A program made the position numbers and the translations under genes. This document shows positions 61,497 through 64,000 of a stretch of 64,000 nt of DNA, piece by piece; the first letter of the stretch is position 1; the number at the start of each line of letters is the position of its first letter. The DNA is from Octopus sinensis. Its lineage: Eukaryota. The stretch covers positions 41,230,001-41,294,000 of the forward strand of contig NC_043001.1 of NCBI RefSeq assembly GCF_006345805.1, given 5' to 3'. The notes under the pieces are model-generated. The model searched no databases. It was not told the DNA's origin and was given only the letters and a program-made list of their open reading frames with translations.

Positions 61497-64000
61497 TATT
61501 TTATGCAACTGAAGATTGCTCTACATTTTAAATTGATGTAATGAAATGATTGCATTGTTCAATTAAATGGGGTCGCATGAAACGATCGTACTGTATTACC
61601 TCTGGATATCCTTGTTACTTATTTTGATTATATATATATATAATGTATGTATATGTATATATATTTATGTATCATCATTATTTTATGTTTGCTTTCCATG
61701 CTAGAATAATATGTATGGGCCATCAAGACATGAATCAGTTCTCATTTGGAGTTACTACACTCCTAGATGGGCCAGAGAACCATGTCTTGTTTAGGCTTGG
61801 TTTCTATAATCAGATGCTTTTCCTAACACCAACCACTGGTGTTACTGAGTGTACTGGGTGCATTTTACCATGACACCAGCACTTGAGGTCTTGTTATGTC
61901 TTTGATATGACAAGCCTATAGAGTCATCCTTTCCCTACTCGTGCAAGCACTGGTGCATGAAATGCACCAGTGATAGTGAGATTGCCATGTACCCCCAAAG
62001 AGAAAAAGGTCTTCACTGTTCATTCTGGGTAAAACGACCAACAGACTGAGTAGAAAAGATGATTGCAGAAAATGAAATGGAATGAGATAAGGATGGAGAA
62101 ATATAAGAGATAGCAATAGCTGATGGTAATAAGAAAGAGACTAATGGAAGCTCCATGTTTGCTAACAAGAGAGAGCAAGTGATAGTTGTGGAAATGGTCA
62201 AAGGTGCGAGAGTGTGACAGAAATTAATGAGTAACTGGGGGAGAGGGAGGGTTGTAGTAGCAGTTAGAAGTATAGAAGGGTGATGTTCACTCATAGGAGA
62301 GTGTCTGATGAATAGTCAGGAGTACATACACATATATACATACATGCACTCATGAATGCATATACACTTGCATAAATGCACAGATAACACATGCACGCAC
62401 ACATGCACATGCAAATCTGTGTCTATATGATCAGAATTTGCAAAAAAAAAAGATTTAATTTTCAATTGAGTGATGTCAGTTTACTCCTCTTACCTGTGAT
62501 TTATGGTTATTGTAAAAATGATGAGGGGGAGATTTTTTTTTTTTGAAAAATAAAGTATATATTTATATATTTAAAACTACACAATACTTTGTAAAATGTG
62601 AAATAATTAGAATTTGAATATTTTGATATATTGTTCAAATATAAAAAACAACAGTGTTGATATTTTAATAATCTTAGTTCTTTCATGAACTACATTTTGT
62701 AAGTGTAATAGTGTAGCAGTGGTAAAGTCATGTTAGGAAAGTTATTGTCAGAGCAAAATCTTTTTATGAAAAACAAAATAAAATAAATGAAAACTTAAGA
62801 GCAAGCCATAAATGATTTTTTAAAAAAGTGACTTTAGTATGAAAGGTCCATTTTGATTAAACAATCCTCAAAAATTCTGAACTAAAGACCTTTTCATTGA
62901 TATATTAATAAGTGCAATTATGGTGTCAAAGTGTTCACTCTGATACTTGGCACATTTCTTGGAAGGTGAATTTTGTTAAATCTATAAATGACGATGCCTT
63001 ATTGAGATGTCAAATATCAGGATATAAAGAAAATAATGAAATAAAAATATCCATACAAAAAAAAAATGCAAAACAAAAAGAAATAAATTGTCATACTGGC
63101 AAGTGGTATAATATAATTCAACTAAATTATAGCAAATATTTAAACTTTACAATCTTTTCTGTACATTCTGGCAAAGTAGACTAACTGAAAAACTTCTTGA
63201 TGATCTATGCCAATGGAATAGTGATGTACCTTAATTGTCAAATATCCCAATCTGTTTTGCAGTAGAATATGTAATAGTGAATGGAAGTTTACTCATGTAA
63301 AAAGGAGACATCCTGTAATTAAATGAGTTTTATTAGCAGTGCCGCTTTATAATTTATGAGCATAAAATGCAACAGGTACGACATTTCGATAAAGAGAAAG
63401 GAAGTTGAAAGGAAAAGAAGAAAATGAGAAACTTCCTTTAAATGCTTTGAAGGTTGATACAAGCTGCAACATATCTGCAATACTTTCTTGTAAAAGGAAA
63501 AAAAATTACTTCCACTGTAAAGTACGAAGAGTCTACTTTGATTAAACATTGAAAATTCAGTTTATGTGCTTGTTATGGTAGCTAACTAGAACTAGAGATA
63601 TCTGTATCTCTAAACATTTTCATATGCACATACACACACACAATATAGTGGCAATTTGTTTTACTGAAGATTCAGCCTGTATTTAGCCAGTTTTGCTTAC
63701 TGACTCTTTCCTTTTGCTCTACAGAACCTCTATATGGTCACTCTATCTACTAGAAATAACAGCTAAATCTTCAAATCACATTCACACCATCTTTAAAAAA
63801 AGAACACATTGAATGACATGTTCCTACATGTTTGAAAAATGGAAATACCTGACAAAATGTCTCCTTGAGATAAAATAAGATTAAGTCACTCACATTTCTT
63901 TTAAAAAAAACTAAAAAAAAAAAACAAAACCAAAACAAAACATAGAACAGGTCAGGCTAAAGCAAAAGTGTAAAAAGTTGAATTTAGATGCAAAGAGGAA

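Overview
AT-rich eukaryotic genomic DNA. The SINE, RTE-LINE and microsatellite content looks like an octopus (coleoid cephalopod) genome; this is inference from repeat families. One host gene is well supported: MAT2B (methionine adenosyltransferase II beta subunit), + strand, four coding exons (37748-37930, 42482-42596, 46437-46589, 49411-49865), 301 aa, canonical GT-AG introns filled with transposons. The rest is nested mobile DNA. DNA transposons: Merlin and hAT transposase relics, mariner, an intron-containing pogo/Tigger element, a Merlin-type foldback MITE and other foldback elements. Retroelements: a solo LTR, Gypsy relics, an R4/Dong fragment, a nearly intact RTE LINE carrying a PHD finger, and RTE/CR1 fragments. 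A 4.17-kb Rep/PIF1 Helitron with both termini is inserted in a ~0.36-0.40-kb Helitron-like tandem satellite that has a trimeric higher-order repeat. Most interesting: (1) a 1.74-kb ORF1-only (HAL1-like) non-LTR element with an 18-bp target-site duplication and a second diverged copy; (2) several Penelope-type minimal hammerhead ribozyme motifs, two apparently intact; (3) both ORF1-only copies end 25-31 nt upstream of a hammerhead core. No rRNA, true tRNA or CRISPR array was found. All calls were made by eye from the sequence; no database searches were run.
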